Source: Takakia lepidozioides
Taxonomy: Eukaryota > Plantae > Bryophyta
Direction of reading: 5' to 3'
Length of the DNA stretch: 64,000 nt
Assembly: GCA_030704615.1 (NCBI GenBank)
Contig: CM060734.1
Location: forward strand, 6,572,001-6,636,000
In this document: positions 50,101 to 63,669 of the stretch, in pieces
How the letters are laid out: every line of letters starts with the position of its first letter
Position numbering within the stretch: position 1 is the first letter of the stretch
Notes under the pieces: generated by a model
Database searches by the model: none
Seen by the model: the letters and a program-made list of their open reading frames with translations, nothing else
Told to the model about the DNA's origin: nothing
Program-made: the position numbers and the translations under genes

Positions 50101-50690
50101 TTGATATTTGGAAGTGACTTTGACAGGATCTGCCAAGTTAACAACAGTAAATTATCCAGAAATAGGTAACAAAGAGGAGTCAAGCCTGTGGAATTAATAC
50201 TTTTCTGACCCCAGTCAATGGTGGGACACCGTCTTGGAAGGTAAATGCCTTTGGATTACAGAGTGGTAATGCATTGAGAATAGGAACTGGTGTGATAAGT
50301 TGAGTTGGGTGTGTTACTGGAACAAATCTAGGCTGCCATTGTCAGCTGCAACAACAATGCAAGGATGTATGCATGATCTGTGCAGAGGCATGGATAGCTG
50401 AAGGAGCAGGGATAGAGTGTCATCCAAGAGGACTGGATTTCAAGCTCCAGATTACTTATGATTCCCTGTGGAAGCATAGCTACACGAAACCTGCATGGGT
50501 AGATGGTACAATAGTTGGGAGTGATTTTGACATGATCTGCCAAAGTGACAATATGAAAGTATCCAGAAACATGTAACAGAGATGATGAGAAGCTGTGGAA
50601 TGAATGCTTTTCTTGACCAAGTCAAGGGTGGGACAACCAAGGGAAAAAGGTGAATGCCTATTAGATTACAGAGAGTAGGAGACGCAACTC
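47190..50690 (+). pseudogene. Block of heavily decayed PLS-PPR fragments and the same repeated module seen at 30.7-33.4 kb
   Basis: 48.7-49.55 kb parallels 31.32-32.12 kb with many indels. Shared module ttcaacacatttcac...gagtgaacctttgatagttt. Local tandem duplications at 48402-48612 and about 50000-50200. Confidence 0.8.
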
Positions 50691-50899
50691 AGCTAGACAC
50701 TAAGGCAAACTTTCTTTCCCTGCAAAGGTTGTGTTTTGGTATCTGAGCGAATAAATATAATTTCTAAAAACATAATTTCAATATTTTGTTATTTAATAAT
50801 ATTCTCATCAAGGCCACTGTCCATTTTCCCTATAATAATCATAATAATAACAATAAATTAAATCCATTAATATTCAAACTTAATATTGGGAAACAATTA

Positions 50900-51270
50900 A
50901 TAATTAATTAATGCGTACCACCACCACCACACCACGGAACGACACGTGTTGCATAGTGACTTGTCGAAGTGTGAAATATGACACGTGTCGCATAGTGGCT
51001 TGTTCAAGGTGTGAAATCCGCCGTGAAACATGCCACACTGGTCTTTTTCACACTCCGCCATGTCAGCTATGCCATCGGCCATGTCACCATGCACCCCGTG
51101 AAAAAAGCCTCTCGTAGACTTTTCCACAGGGCCCCCCGAGAGCCAAGCCATCCACGGGGTGTCCGAAAGCACTAGTCGTTTCTTACACCCATGGCAGGTG
51201 TGGACTGCGGCTGATTCCACAGCACCAAGTGTGGAAAAAACCGTGGAAAAAGCCGGTTTCTCTTCTAGTG
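50900..51270. mobile_element. CACTA right terminus with subterminal repeats
   Basis: Ends ...AAAAAGCCGGTTTCTCTTCTAGTG at 51270, similar to the 34072 terminus. Repeated acacgtgt / ccgtggaaaa motifs upstream. Confidence 0.7.
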
Positions 51271-51695
51271 CGATCTGTTGATGCTTGATACATGCGATCT
51301 GTTGATGCTTGATACATGCAATCTGTAGAGATGCACTGTAGAACAGAATAGAGACACCATGGCTTTGGCCTGATACTCTATAGATATTAATATGATTCCT
51401 ATTTCATATTCACACTGTGTAGAGAGACCTGAGTGAAGTTGTGGAATGAATGCTTAAGTAGATGGAACATGGTAGATTGCAGAAGCAATCTGACACTTAA
51501 ACCTAGGCAGTAAGGTAACTTGCTAAACATGAATGCAAGAAGGAACCGATATAGGGAAGCACCCCCATGATACACTAGCTGTAGGTCAGGACTGATTTTT
51601 CTGAGCGGGATGAGTACTTAGAGATATCCAACTCTTCTATCTTGGAGTTTCCACCTCGGATAGCAAAGGGATGGGTGCGTAAAAGCCGCTCAACA
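51271..51695 (+). repeat. 5' LTR, 3' portion only
   Basis: Matches the last ~400 bp of the 3' LTR, ends ...GCCGCTCAACA, and abuts the CACTA end. Confidence 0.88.
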
Positions 51696-51697
51696 TT

Positions 51698-51715
51698 TGG
51701 CGACCATACTGGGGA
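51698..51715 (+). promoter_or_regulatory. Primer binding site (tRNA-Arg-like)
   Basis: TGGCGACCATACTGGGGA, 2 nt after the LTR. Resembles the TGGCGAC...CTGGGGA PBS of Tat/Ogre elements. Confidence 0.7.
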
Positions 51716-53102
51716 ACTGAGTCAAGAACAACCAGATGTGACAAGCATCTGGTGGGATCATGGTGGATGGAGAATCAAGGAATTTGATGTGAATCAAATT
51801 CCCTGTGAAATTGAGAATAAAAAATATTGTCCAAACAATTCTTTCAGAGGGTCTTGGAATTGCCAGACGGTTGCAAGGAAAATATTCTCAAGAGAGTGCA
51901 TTATGCTGATCCAGAGTGGGGTCTGGAAAAAGGAGTGATAAAGATTTATCAAGTGGCCTGTAAAGGGAAGAGCTAGTTGTTGCCACACAGGTGTATGTGA
52001 TAGCGTGCTATCCATTAAACGAGTGGAGTTTGAAGGCTGGGAGGAACGGAAAGTGAATGTTTTTACTCATCATGAAGAGCTTGAATTGGAAAGAATTGGA
52101 TTCCCAAGCATATCTTGTGGATCAAACTTACACCAAGAATAGCTTCTCAGACATGTTTGCCATCTGGTTATATGGTAAAGGAGCCTTCTAGTCTAGCCAA
52201 GGGTACATTAAAGCTTGAAAGAAACCCAGGCATATATGAGAGATACTACAGGAGAGAGCTTTGGTTATTACCTCATCAAAGACGTGAAAGACATGGGTCA
52301 TGAGTGATGAAAGGGAAGCTAGACTTCACAGATATCAGCAAAAGATAAAGCTATTTGAAAGCTAATTTATCCATATCTCTGGAGAGAGGAATAGATTAGG
52401 GGAATCATCTGGACCTCTCACAACCATTAAGGCCAGAGAGACATCACCCATCCGGAAGAACCTAATGTGGATTCCACTCCTTCTTATTCTTTGCAAGAAA
52501 GATTAAGGGATTTGGTACAGGGAGAAGATCAGCCACGAGGGGAAAGATCAGAGGTACATCCATGGGTTAAAGATTTGACAGAAATCTTTGATCGGAGTTG
52601 GCATGGAACACCGAGAGCAGGAACTCCAATTTCTGAAACACAAGCCAAGGAAGGAGAGGAGCGATGAGGCAAGAGCCACCGGAGATTCAGACTCTCCAAC
52701 ACCACTTCAATTGAGTTATATGAGTGAGGAAGAAGAAATCCAGGATAAGAACTTGGAAGATGAAAACAGAGAGAAAAACTTGGAAGACGAAAATTATGAA
52801 GATGTAGACCCAACAGTTGAGGTTGAGACTACAACCCAGACATCCCAACCTGTTGGACCTGGATCAAGTGGAGCACTTGGATCACAGGCCAACACAGTTG
52901 TCGGCTCAGGGGGATAAGGCGGGTAGCTTGGATCCGGCTCTGGGGGAACATGGAGTGTGGGAAGTAGTGCAACTGGAGCTGAGGGTACTGCAAATACAGG
53001 GGGGCCAGTAGCAGGAAGTGCTAAGGGGCCAACACTTGGTGGGAGTTCAACCACAACCACAGCAGGTCCTCAAGGACCAGCACCTGCCACAGAGGGCCAC
53101 AG

Positions 53103-54190
53103 ATGGCAGTACCTCCAACACGGGCAAAACCACCTTTTCCGATATATGCAGGAAAATGGGATCCTGATGTACACATCAGCCAATTTGAGCACATGTGTAT
53201 AGTGAACAATGAGAATGGCAATGATGCCAAACTGAGATTGTTTCCTTGTTCACTTATCAAGAAAGCAAGTGAGTGGTATGCAAGGTTTCCTAATAATCAT
53301 TTCCAAACCTGGAATGGCCTTAGTACAACATTCCGAAACAGGTTCAGGACAAGCAAAATTGAGGATGAAGTATACGGTAGTCTACAACAGTTGAGACAAA
53401 AGAAGCATAAAACTATTGAAGTATATCTGGAGAAGATGGAGTTAATGGTCAAGAAGTTGCCTGATGTGCCACCAGGAGGTTTACAAAAGACTTGGTTTGT
53501 AAGTGGACTGAGACTTGAGTTACAAAAGAAAGTGGATATGTTACCCCATAATACAGTGGAGGAGGCATTTGAAACAACCAATAGAATTGAGCAAGGGAAA
53601 TTGCTTAGGAAAGATAAAAGGGATGATGATGACTCTGAGGATGAGTCAGATGAGGAAGAAGAGCAAGAGCTCAAGAAGAAGAGCAAGAAGAAGGAGAAGT
53701 TGAAGAGGGACAACTATGAAAAAAGATTGGAAGAAATCTTGAAAAAGTATGCCACAAAGGCTCCAACACATTGGAGGAAGGGTGTTTGGTGTGCAAAGTG
53801 CCAAAATGAAGGCCACATGAAACACTGTACTATCTCTAAGATGGATAACCATTCTACTGAGAATTGTTATTACAACAGAAAGACAGCTACAAGGGAACCA
53901 AGACAGGTGACGGTGCATCGAATGCAACCCCAGCCAAGAAGAAACAATAACCAGGACCACTATGGTAGGCCTGGTGGATATAACAATGGTATGGCAATAA
54001 GAGGTAATCCTAGGGGGAATTACCAAGGCAATCCCAGAGGCAACTACCAGGGTAATCCAAGGGGGAAATACTAGCCAGGGATCAGGACTATAGAAATAAT
54101 CCCAGAATGGACCAAGGGCGAGGACCCAATGGTGAAGAACTATGTTACTATTGTAACCAACCAGGACATCGTAAGTCAGCTTGTCCAAAC
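53103..54190 (+). pseudogene. gag: gag with zinc knuckles
   Basis: DPDVHISQF...KLRLFPCSL..KASEWY...TW..L...F..RF; CAKCQNEGH; GNPRGNYQ repeats; CYYCNQPGHRKSAC after an in-frame stop. Confidence 0.9.
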
Positions 54191-54739
54191 TGGATTAGAC
54201 ACCAGAATGAGGTGAGAATCCCTGTGAATGAAGGCCCGGTAGTGACATTATGCCATGTTTTGTACCAGAAGTGAGTACAATAATAGTTACCAGAAGCAAG
54301 GCTAAACTATTACCTCCAGTGGATGAGGAGGAAGATGTGAATGAAGATGGTAGTGATGTGCCTGAAGATGATGAGGCATGGAGAGATGAGAAGGAACTAC
54401 ACAAGGAAGTGGCAGAAGCTATAAGGGAAATGCAGAAGGAGACAGATATCCCTATAGCAGAGTCAACAAATTCAGAAGAAGAAAATGAAGAAGAGGAAGA
54501 TGAAGTGAAGCAAGAGCTTCACAAGTGCAAGATAATGAAGGGGCATTGGCTGAAGTAATATGCTAGTCCAAAGCCGAGATTACAATTGGGCAGCTATTGG
54601 TTGTGGCACCCCATTGTAGCCACAAGCTGTATCAAGCAATCAATCAGATTGCTCATGTGACAGAGAATATAGACCTGAACAGCAAGGTGACAAGCTATAA
54701 TGTGAAGCCTAAAGGGCGAGAAACTGTCATGGACTTTGA

Positions 54740-56385
54740 TGATTCCATGCCAGTAATCCAATTGAGAATTGGAAGCACAGACCTGACTGATGTACCGATA
54801 GATGGAGGCTCAAGAGTGAATATCATGACAGACCAATTGAGGCAGAAGCAAGTGGTCCGAGTAACATGAAACCAGCCCCATTCACAATAACAATGGCAGA
54901 TCAAAGAAGTATACAGCCATTGGGCTTGATAAGAGGAGTAAGAATACAGATTCAGAAGTTGATCTTTAAGATCTCTGTGACTGTATTGAAAATGGATGAT
55001 GTCATGGAAGCTTATTCCTTATTGTTAGGACGACCATGGCTGAAACAGGCCAAGGTATTCCATGACTGGAATACTCAGATTCTAACTGTGCGCAATGATA
55101 AGCACAAAATAATATTTCAACTAAGAAATCAGGTAGACTACCTGCTATCAGGAGACCTCGTGGAGTCAGGGAGTATGACTGGAGGGGAGGACTTGATGAA
55201 GAGCAGGAGGCTACTCTGTTTGCTGCACACCCAGAGTGGGAGCAGGTTGCAGAAATGCAACTAGGAGGACTAAGTTGTTTCAAAGGTATATATTGTGGTG
55301 CAGTAACAACAACACCAATTGAGGGTGAAACAAGCAGTTACCCACCACATTTCTATGAAGAAAGAGAGGGAGAAATAGAAATCATAGAGGAACCAGCCAC
55401 TGTTAGTCTACAGGATGAAGTAGTGGCTGGGTGGACAATCATAGCTGAAGAGCAGGTGAGAGAAGTGAATGTGGGAACTGAGGAAGAACCAAGAAAAAAT
55501 GGAGCAGACTTGGAACCTGAATTCCTTAAGGAAGCCAAGAGTTTGTTCATAAAATACAAGGATGTATTTGCATGGAGTTATGAAGACTTGAAAGGGATAC
55601 CACCTGAGATTTGCCAACATAAGATTGAGTTGGAACCTGATTTTGTACTAGTTAAGCAAGCACAATACAAAATGAATCCTAATTATGCACAGAAGGTGGG
55701 AGAGGAGATCAAGAAATTGGCTGATGCTAAGTTCATATAATCGATAGAGTACACAACATGGCTATCACCTATTGTGATAGTACCAAAGAAGAATGGCAAA
55801 CTGAGAGTTTGTGTTAACTGCAAGAAACTGAATGACTGCACAAAGAAGGATCCATTTTCCCTTGCCATTTACAGAAGCTGTACTAGATATTGTGGCAGGC
55901 CATGAGATGTACTCATTCATGGATGGCTTCAGTGGGTATAACCAATGACGAGTAGCTGAAGAAGACTAGGGAAAGACTGCTTTCATCACAGACTAGGGTG
56001 CTTATGCATACAAAATCATGCCTTTTGTACTTTGTAATGCACCAGCAACTTTCCAGAGAGTGATCAGTGAATCTTTTCATGAGTACTTGGATGATTTCAT
56101 ACAAGTGTTCTTAGATGACTTCAGTGTTTACAGCTCTAAGAATGAGCACTTGCAGTAATTGGAATTATGTGTGGCCAGATGCAGGATGAGAGGTCTTGGG
56201 CTGAATCCAGAAAAATGTACTTTCTGTGTGAACTCAGGAGTTCTTTTGGGACACATCGTGTGTCAAAAAGGACTGTTTGTAGATCCTAGAAAGACTGAGG
56301 CTATTAAAGCCTCTCCATCACCAAGTAGCATTAAGGCTCTAAGGAGGTTCCTTGGACAAACCAGTTATTACAGAAGGTTTGTCAG
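54740..56385 (+). pseudogene. pol: pol: aspartic protease + reverse transcriptase; RNase H and integrase absent
   Basis: IDGGSRVNIM, LLLGRPWL, YKDVFAWSYEDLKGI, KKNGKLRVCV, MDGFSGYNQ, FLDDF, FLGQTSYYRRFV. Multiple stops. Confidence 0.92.
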
Positions 56386-56859
56386 ACGCGCATCCGGCAA
56401 AGGGTAACCTTTGCCATATATGCAGTCCTAGTGGTCATTCCAAGATGGAATGTGAACAGAATAGGGTAAAAATAAAAATTACCTGATGAGGCAAAGGCCA
56501 ATCAGCAACGTGAATTTTGTGCAAGAAACTCCATTCAAGAAACAAGAACAAGAAACTAAGAAGATTATGAGCGGAAGAATCGGTGTTATCCCGGATAACC
56601 AGTATCTCGATAGGACAGGCAATCAAGGCTATAGCTTTGTAGCTATGGCGTATATCACGGACTATACACTAGCTCTACTTCTTATGCAGTGGCGCAAGGA
56701 AGGATAGGACGAAAGTACTTTCTCTCTCACTCACTGTTTGCAAGCCCCGCAGGCTTACACACACTTACCTGTTCCATTCTGCGCTAATCACACTTTCATG
56801 CTATACGCTTTGCAAGCTTTCTTGCAACTATTCCAAACAAAGCCTTCTTGTTTGTCCGG

Positions 56860-59800
56860 GATGAAGCGAATTAGAGAAATGGAGGATCTACGAGTGAAGA
56901 GTATGACGATTTTACAAAGGCAAACAATCGCCACACCACAGGCAGTGCAGCTGTTGAAGGAGTTGCGTTTGGAGGGACTGTTGCGCAAAGAGTGGTCTTT
57001 GCATCATCGAGATTTGATGATCCAGTTCATCAAGAACTTTGAGCCAAGGACAAGAGTTACGCAGGTGAAGGGCGTGGATATACAAGTTACTCCGCAATAC
57101 TTGCAACAGCTTTTCGATTTACCATCTGGTAACGTGAGCGTGGATAAGCACAGGGAAAATTTGCAAATGGTGAATCTTTTCCAAGAAAAGAGTTTTTTCA
57201 GGAACCAGGGATTTACTTGCACTAAAGCCAAGTATCCAGATTACTAAACATTCTGTTTGCCATGAAACAGAACCAACAATATCTTAGCAGATCTTTTACG
57301 GAAGAGGTTTTGAAGGCTCTAAAGGGAGAGGATATAGCTTGGGCAGAAATGATGCACAGTGGCTTGGTGGAGGAAATGAAATGACTGCAGATTACTTATG
57401 CCAAGTCCCCAATCATTGTGTCCGGCCCAATTATTGCACAAATTATCTTTGATTCTTGCCTGTTTGATGCGCAAGAACACAAGATTATGGGGGTGTTTGA
57501 GGCAGCCACAACTGCAGTTGAAGAGCAAAGATCTTCACAAGGTGAAGAAGGATTAGAGCGGCAGCACCAGTCCAAGAGACAGAAGAAGGAAAAAACCATA
57601 GTGGCGGTTCCACTTGCAACAAGGAACCCTCACGATGATGTTTCCATAGCTCTTGCATAGGATGAGGTGTAGCAGCACAACGAGCTGTTATTACTGGAAG
57701 CACGGCCATTAGAGAGGGAGGATGAAGTCACTTCAGTACCACGGCCAGCAGAGCAAGCTGACCAAGTTGCCCCAGCAGTAACTCAGACTGGTCTTGCTGT
57801 TACACCGAAGCCTCTTACTATGGAGAGAGAGGGATTGGACATCCCCACTATGGAGCAAGTAGTGGCAGAAATTGAGAAGGGCGATCTTCTCTATGAAAAC
57901 TTTGGTATGGTCGGAGACCCTATGGTGCCAAAGATACAAAGTCTGCCCAAGAAAATCCCTGATGTGCAGGCTGTGCCCAAACCTGTGTTAGAGGTTGAAG
58001 TGGTAAAGGGCAAGGGTACTGCAGCACCTGTGGAAGATGAGGTTGCTCAGATACAAGATCCTATGGAATCATGGCCTGATTGGTTTGTGAAACACCAAAC
58101 TGTTGAGAATAAGGAAGAACAGCATCAGGTTTTCCATGAAGACCCATAGCAGGCCATGGTTATGGGTTCCATAAGCAGGACTCTCAATCTGTTGGGCACC
58201 TACTTCAAGACTCATGTTCCTTCCACTCAGTTGGCAGCATTGCGGGAGGAGCTCAAACAAGAGTTTGAGGCAAGAATTGTCACTGAGTGTGCAAACAAGG
58301 TGGATGTGGAGGCCAACCTCAAGTTGCAACAAGAATTGGAGGACACTAAAGCTGCCCTACAGCTTGAGAAGGAGAACTTAATTGGGGCAGGTCTTGAGCA
58401 GGAGAAGTTACATGAGGTGCATAAGCAACAGTTATACCAGATGCAAGTTCAGCATGAGGGGAATTTGCAAGAAGTGAAGTTGCTTCATACGGGATTGGAA
58501 GCAGCCAATCAGAAACTGGTCATACAGTGTGCCACACTAACGACTAATCTGGAGATGGCTGCGATGGAGGTCAAGAAGCAAGCTGAGAGATGTATATGGG
58601 CGGAGATAGAGGCAATGAAGCAATGCAAACTCATTGCTGACATGAAAGATACTCTTTGTCGCAATGAAAATACAATTCAACAGTTGAACCAGGCAATGCC
58701 CAGAAGGACATGCAACTTTTAGAGTTGCAGCAAACAATCACAGTAAGGGAGAATGAACTTTCTGTGAGTGAAAGGGCCTGGAAAGAAGCCAATAATCTGT
58801 CAGCTGCCTATGCAGCTTTGGTTGAGCCTCACGCGAAGCGAATGGAGAGCTTACAATAGCAGTTGGAAACATATAGGCTCAAGGAGGAGCAGGATCTCCG
58901 TGGTATTACACAGAACTTGGTGGATAATCATCTTTTGCAAGAGTGGTTAACACAAGGGCCGGTGGACGGAAAAGCACCAAGGAAGCTGACTCAAGATGAG
59001 ATGAATGATCTCAGGCTACGGGTGCAGAACATTGCCACAACCACTATAGACAATGTCTATAGTCGAATAGCCGAGTTGCGGGAGGATGTGGAAGGGCTTC
59101 AGACTCAAGTGGATGAGTTGAGCTTCAATATTGAGAAGAGGGCCTTTGTTCCAGAGGAACAACTCATGGCTACTTACCTGCAGGCAAGGACTTTGATTTT
59201 TCAATCTTCAGCACAGGAAGTACCGGCCTTGCCAACATCAAGAGGGACTGTGGCAACAACATCACAACAGCCACTCCAGATAGTCAGTGTTGATACCATG
59301 GCACAGTAGCAATCAGTGCCTGAGGTTTGGGGAGATGCTTTTTTTAACCCACCTACTACTGTTGCTGCTCTTGAATACAATCGAGTTATGATTCTGCCCT
59401 TCAACCAAATTCCCATTGTTATGGATGTGGCTTGGAAAGAATTTAGTCCTCCGGAGTCTTTGGCACATTATTACCAGATCATGCGCATTTGGTTGCTAGT
59501 GGCAACTCGGACTAAGGTTCTTCCAACTGATAGACCCATTGAAGATCATCATTTTGCACGGTACTGGTCTGAGGCGGGAACCATGCTGAAGGAATTAATT
59601 GCTTTCCAGATCGTTCATGGATTCATCTACACCAAGACCAAGGAGGTACCTAGTCTGGTCATGGGTTGTGGGATGTACTATGCTGCTTGCTTTGTTTTAC
59701 GCTGCCACACTGAGCAGCAGAAGCTGCAGATGAGGTTTGAAACTTATTCTAGTGAGGAGCATTGGACGTTACCTCCAGTTCCAAAACACACGTATCTGTA

Positions 59801-60230
59801 TGATGTGAGGGTCATGCTTCAAAGGGATCCAAAACTCCGTTCTTGGTTACTTTTGCTCTGGAGCACTTGGCCAAGGAGAACCTGGACTTTGACCACATTT
59901 TTCCCAAGGGGCATGAGGCCAGGAAATGGCTACATTTTTGAAAGGTGATAGGCACACCACTCTGCTTTATAGATGACGAGCTGCGGACATATACTAATCT
60001 TGCTCGCAAGAGACTGGCACAAGTCTTACAATATAAGGTTCCCAACATGGTGAGCATACTGTAGTGTGAATGCAGGGGAGTGACATTACATTTTGTTTTA
60101 CCGTTAAGACCCTGCATCACTACAACGGGAGTGCCCGGGTACAACTGCAGGAGGGATATATCCCTGCATACAGGTAATTTCATGGGCATACTGTGCTTAT
60201 GCTTTGCCAGGATAAAAATGGCTAAGTCAT
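56860..60230 (+). pseudogene. Extra sense-strand ORF(s) downstream of pol: putative plant-transposon domain plus long coiled coil
   Basis: LMIQFIKNF...VKGVDIQVTPQYLQQLFDLP resembles the extra-ORF domain of Athila-like elements. Heptad-rich ORFs at 58156-58722 and 58863-59309. Confidence 0.55.
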
Positions 60231-61557
60231 GACCATGCGTATTTTCATCCGTAGGATGAACGTTTTCATCCCAGGTGTTTAACCTAGAAACGCGGGTTGA
60301 GGAAAACGAAGAGGAAGATGACGGGCAACTCTTAGAAGCTGCTGCGAGCAGTGGGGTTGGCAGGGCAGTCTGTTTTTGGGAGGTTGTACCTACGCTATGG
60401 GACTCTGCTTGGTTTAGAGAGCGGCATTAAGTGCTTTTGCTTGGTATTCTGTGTAAAGGGAAGCGGTGCCGCTTTTCTCGTAGTGATGATCAATTCCTGG
60501 AGTAGGAGCATGTAAGAAGAGCGGCGCACCACCGTTGTCGCCATTGCCTTGAAGAAAACAGTTATGGGCAGATGAACAAGCAAGGAAAATGGCCAGCTGC
60601 CGGAAGCACAAGGAAGTGAGTTGTGGGCACAATCAATGGAGGGGATGAGGCATGTGAAGTGCTGGCTGGATGGCAGCTCAGGTTATCTGTAATCAAAGCT
60701 TATAGCTGCTTTTGTGTCTTCTTACTATAGGACCATGTCAATTCTTAGGGAAGAATTGCACGCATAGAAGGATAGAGTATTTAGTTGGCAAGCCACAGGA
60801 TGTTCCATAGGATGAAGAGGAGCCATCATGGCATGATAAATACTGGAATCAAGACAAGGAGAATAGGTTGAAGTGGCTGCTGACAGGCGATGGTGAGGTG
60901 CCATCTTGGCAGGCAGATCCACCGCTTCGCTGGAGGATAAAACAGATAAGTTCGTAGACTGTGGGCTTCGGTTTTTGGGGGTGGTGACTTAGAAATCGTT
61001 TTGGTGTGGATTTAGGACTGGCTCTTGGTAGAGGAGAAGGAGGTAGAGATATGTGATGGAGGAAAAAGGTTTTGAAAATGGAATGGAGACTCTGGACTTC
61101 AAACCAGGATAGGGAAAGGATGGATGCACCTGATGTTATAGTGTCAGTAGGAGAAATGAGCGGAGGGAGAGACTGCTTGTCACTGAATCAGAATGGTCAC
61201 TGTTTGTCTTCATTCTTGTTCTTGTTTCAGTGTTATGAACCTGCACACAATGCTGCCCTGGGTATTGACACACTGGAACCAATGTAGACCTAGCTTGGCT
61301 GATTGAAAACACCAGTGAGGGTTAGTTAGAACTGTTGAAAACAGAGAAAGGATAATGTGGATGGGGAAGCAACACCGACACTGATTTGGTTTTGGAACTG
61401 ATTTCCAGTATGGTCTCAGGGTATGAACAACTGAGGTTCACAGTTGAAGGGAAAAGAGGGCTGTTGGGGTAATGGCTTGAAACCTGTAGAAAGGCTGAGA
61501 GCTGTTTGGGCAATGGCTTCTTTTGGAAAAAGGTAGTGTGAAGGGTTGGACATTGGC

Positions 61558-61559
<2 letters not shown>

Positions 61560-61595
<36 letters not shown>
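61560..61595. repeat. (GA)n microsatellite
   Basis: Directly visible. Confidence 0.95.
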
Positions 61596-61598
<3 letters not shown>

Positions 61599-62671
61599 AT
61601 GAATGGGATGGTTATGCCTTGTGTGACCGAGGATGATTTCAAGGCTGGGTGCACTGGATGCCTGGCTGAGTTGTGCATTGCATTGCATGGTAGATATGCT
61701 GCTGTTGGAGAAGTGAGGAACCTGTAGACCAAGATTAGAGAGAGAGAGAAAAGGATTTGGGAAGGGAGAGAGCTGCTCAGTAAAAGGGGTTGATGGGGGA
61801 TGGCCAATTTGGGGAGATGAGATGAAGAAAACATGAACCCTGAAAGAGACCAGTGGCCCTGCAGTTCATGGCAGATCTGAGCTGCCTCCCTCTAAATCTG
61901 TGTCACCATTACAAAGGGGGCTTCCGACGTATCACTGCTCAAGGGAGCTTCACATTAAGGGACGTGTTCAGCGTTGTCATAGGGCTGGTTGCATCACAGA
62001 AAAGATCATGGCAACACTGTTGGCGCTGTGATCATAGGGCAAGGCTGTTGTATAAAAGTAGAACCAAGAGCAGGAACAATTCAAAACTCCCCATCCATGT
62101 CTTCTCTTCCGCTGCGGCGTGGATGAGGATTGCATGAACTCTGATCACGAACGAACTAAGGGAAACCCACAACCATGTGAAGATGGTTGGATCACTAGAA
62201 CGTTCCTTCCTTTTGCTTTGACTTCAACTGGGGAGGAGTACAGATTAGAATCACCCAGAAGGGGATTCACGCCCCTTCTTTTCACACTACAATACATTGT
62301 ATGCCAGTCAAGCTTCTTGAGAAGCCACAGAAGGTCAGAAAATAGCACGGCCAACGGTGGGAAGATGATTCGAATACCACTGGTTCTTTGGAGGGCAATT
62401 TTGACATGGATGAGGATTATGAGAGACAAATGGAGGAGAAGAAACAATGGGGATCTCCTATGCCTAAGAAATTGCCACCATATCAACCCAAGACATGACA
62501 GTCAGCTCCATCTAGTCGACAGTCATCCCCACCAGCCAAAGACACGGCTTGGGCTCATACACAGAGCCCTCAGAGGGACTCTCACCAACAAAAAGGTACT
62601 CGTTCGCAGAGGTTTGCTGATCCTAAGCAGTAAACCATGAGGGCACGGCTTTTTGAGAGGGGGAGGGATAA

Positions 62672-63669
62672 TGTTAGAGGGCTGTCTGGGACTTAGACAG
62701 TTTTACAGATTCTGTGGGGTACCCTTAATTTTGCGCATGCTTAAGGGTAGTAGACTCAGACCAACACAAACCTTAGGGGTGACAGACACAGGCCTTAGGG
62801 GTGGTAGACAGGCTCACACAGTCAGCAGTCACAAGCTTACACAGCCTATCACAGCCTGTCACAGTTAATCACAGCCTAACACAGTCTGACACAGCCAGTC
62901 ACAGCCCGACACAGCTTGACACAGCCGACACAGCATACAGCCCGACACAGCTAGTCACAGTCTGACACAGTCACAGTCCGACACAACCAGTCACAGCCTG
63001 GCACAATCACAGCCCGACACAACTTGGCATAGCCTATCACAGCGTCACACAAGTCACAGCTTGATATAGGGAGCGGTTATCACAGGGAACAACAATACTT
63101 ATGTATTGTCTTGGCTGGCAGTTAGTTAGTTAGGCGGTTAGAACAGCTTGCAGATACATTATGCAGAGTTGCTACATGGAGGGAATCACTTCTTGGATCA
63201 CTTCGGGTATCAGGGGAAGAAGCACGATCTTGAGCACATGGATGGAGAGCACAGTGGAGGAGGAGAGACGATTTGTTGATGCTTGATACATGCAAGCTAT
63301 AGAGATGCACTATAGAAGAGAATAGAGACACCATGGCTTTGGCTTGATACTCTATAGATATTAATATGATTCCTATTTCATATTCACACTGTGTAGAGAG
63401 ACCTAAGTGAAGCTGTGGAATGAATGCTTAAGTAGATGGAACATGGTAGATTGCAGAAGCAATCTGATACTTAAACCTAGGCAGTAAGGTAACTTACTAA
63501 ACATGAATGCAAGAAGGAACCGATATAGGAAAGCATCCCCATGATACACTAGCTGTAGGTCATGACTGATTGTTTTGAGCGGGATGAGTACTTAGAGATA
63601 TCCAACTCTTCTATCTTGGAGTTTCCACCTCGGATAGCGAAGGGATGGGTGAGTAAAAGCCGCTCAACA
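62672..63669 (+). repeat. 3' LTR (998 bp), with PPT at 62655-62668
   Basis: GAGAGGGGGAGGGA then TGTTAG...CTCAACA. Contains a degenerate cacagc minisatellite at about 62815-63060. Confidence 0.78.

Larger units (their letters stand above)
51271..63669 (+). mobile_element. Non-chromovirus Ty3 LTR retrotransposon, internally deleted, with extra ORFs
   Basis: Matching LTR sequence at 51271-51695 and about 63269-63669; PBS; gag; protease; RT; PPT. Confidence 0.93.

Noticed and set aside
56860-60230. True retroviral envelope gene
   Set aside because: No clear signal peptide or transmembrane/fusion architecture seen; kept only as an extra ORF.
63274-63669. A ~400-bp LTR starting at TGTTGATG
   Set aside because: No TSD; homology extends upstream; a better PPT plus TG start lies at 62655-62672.
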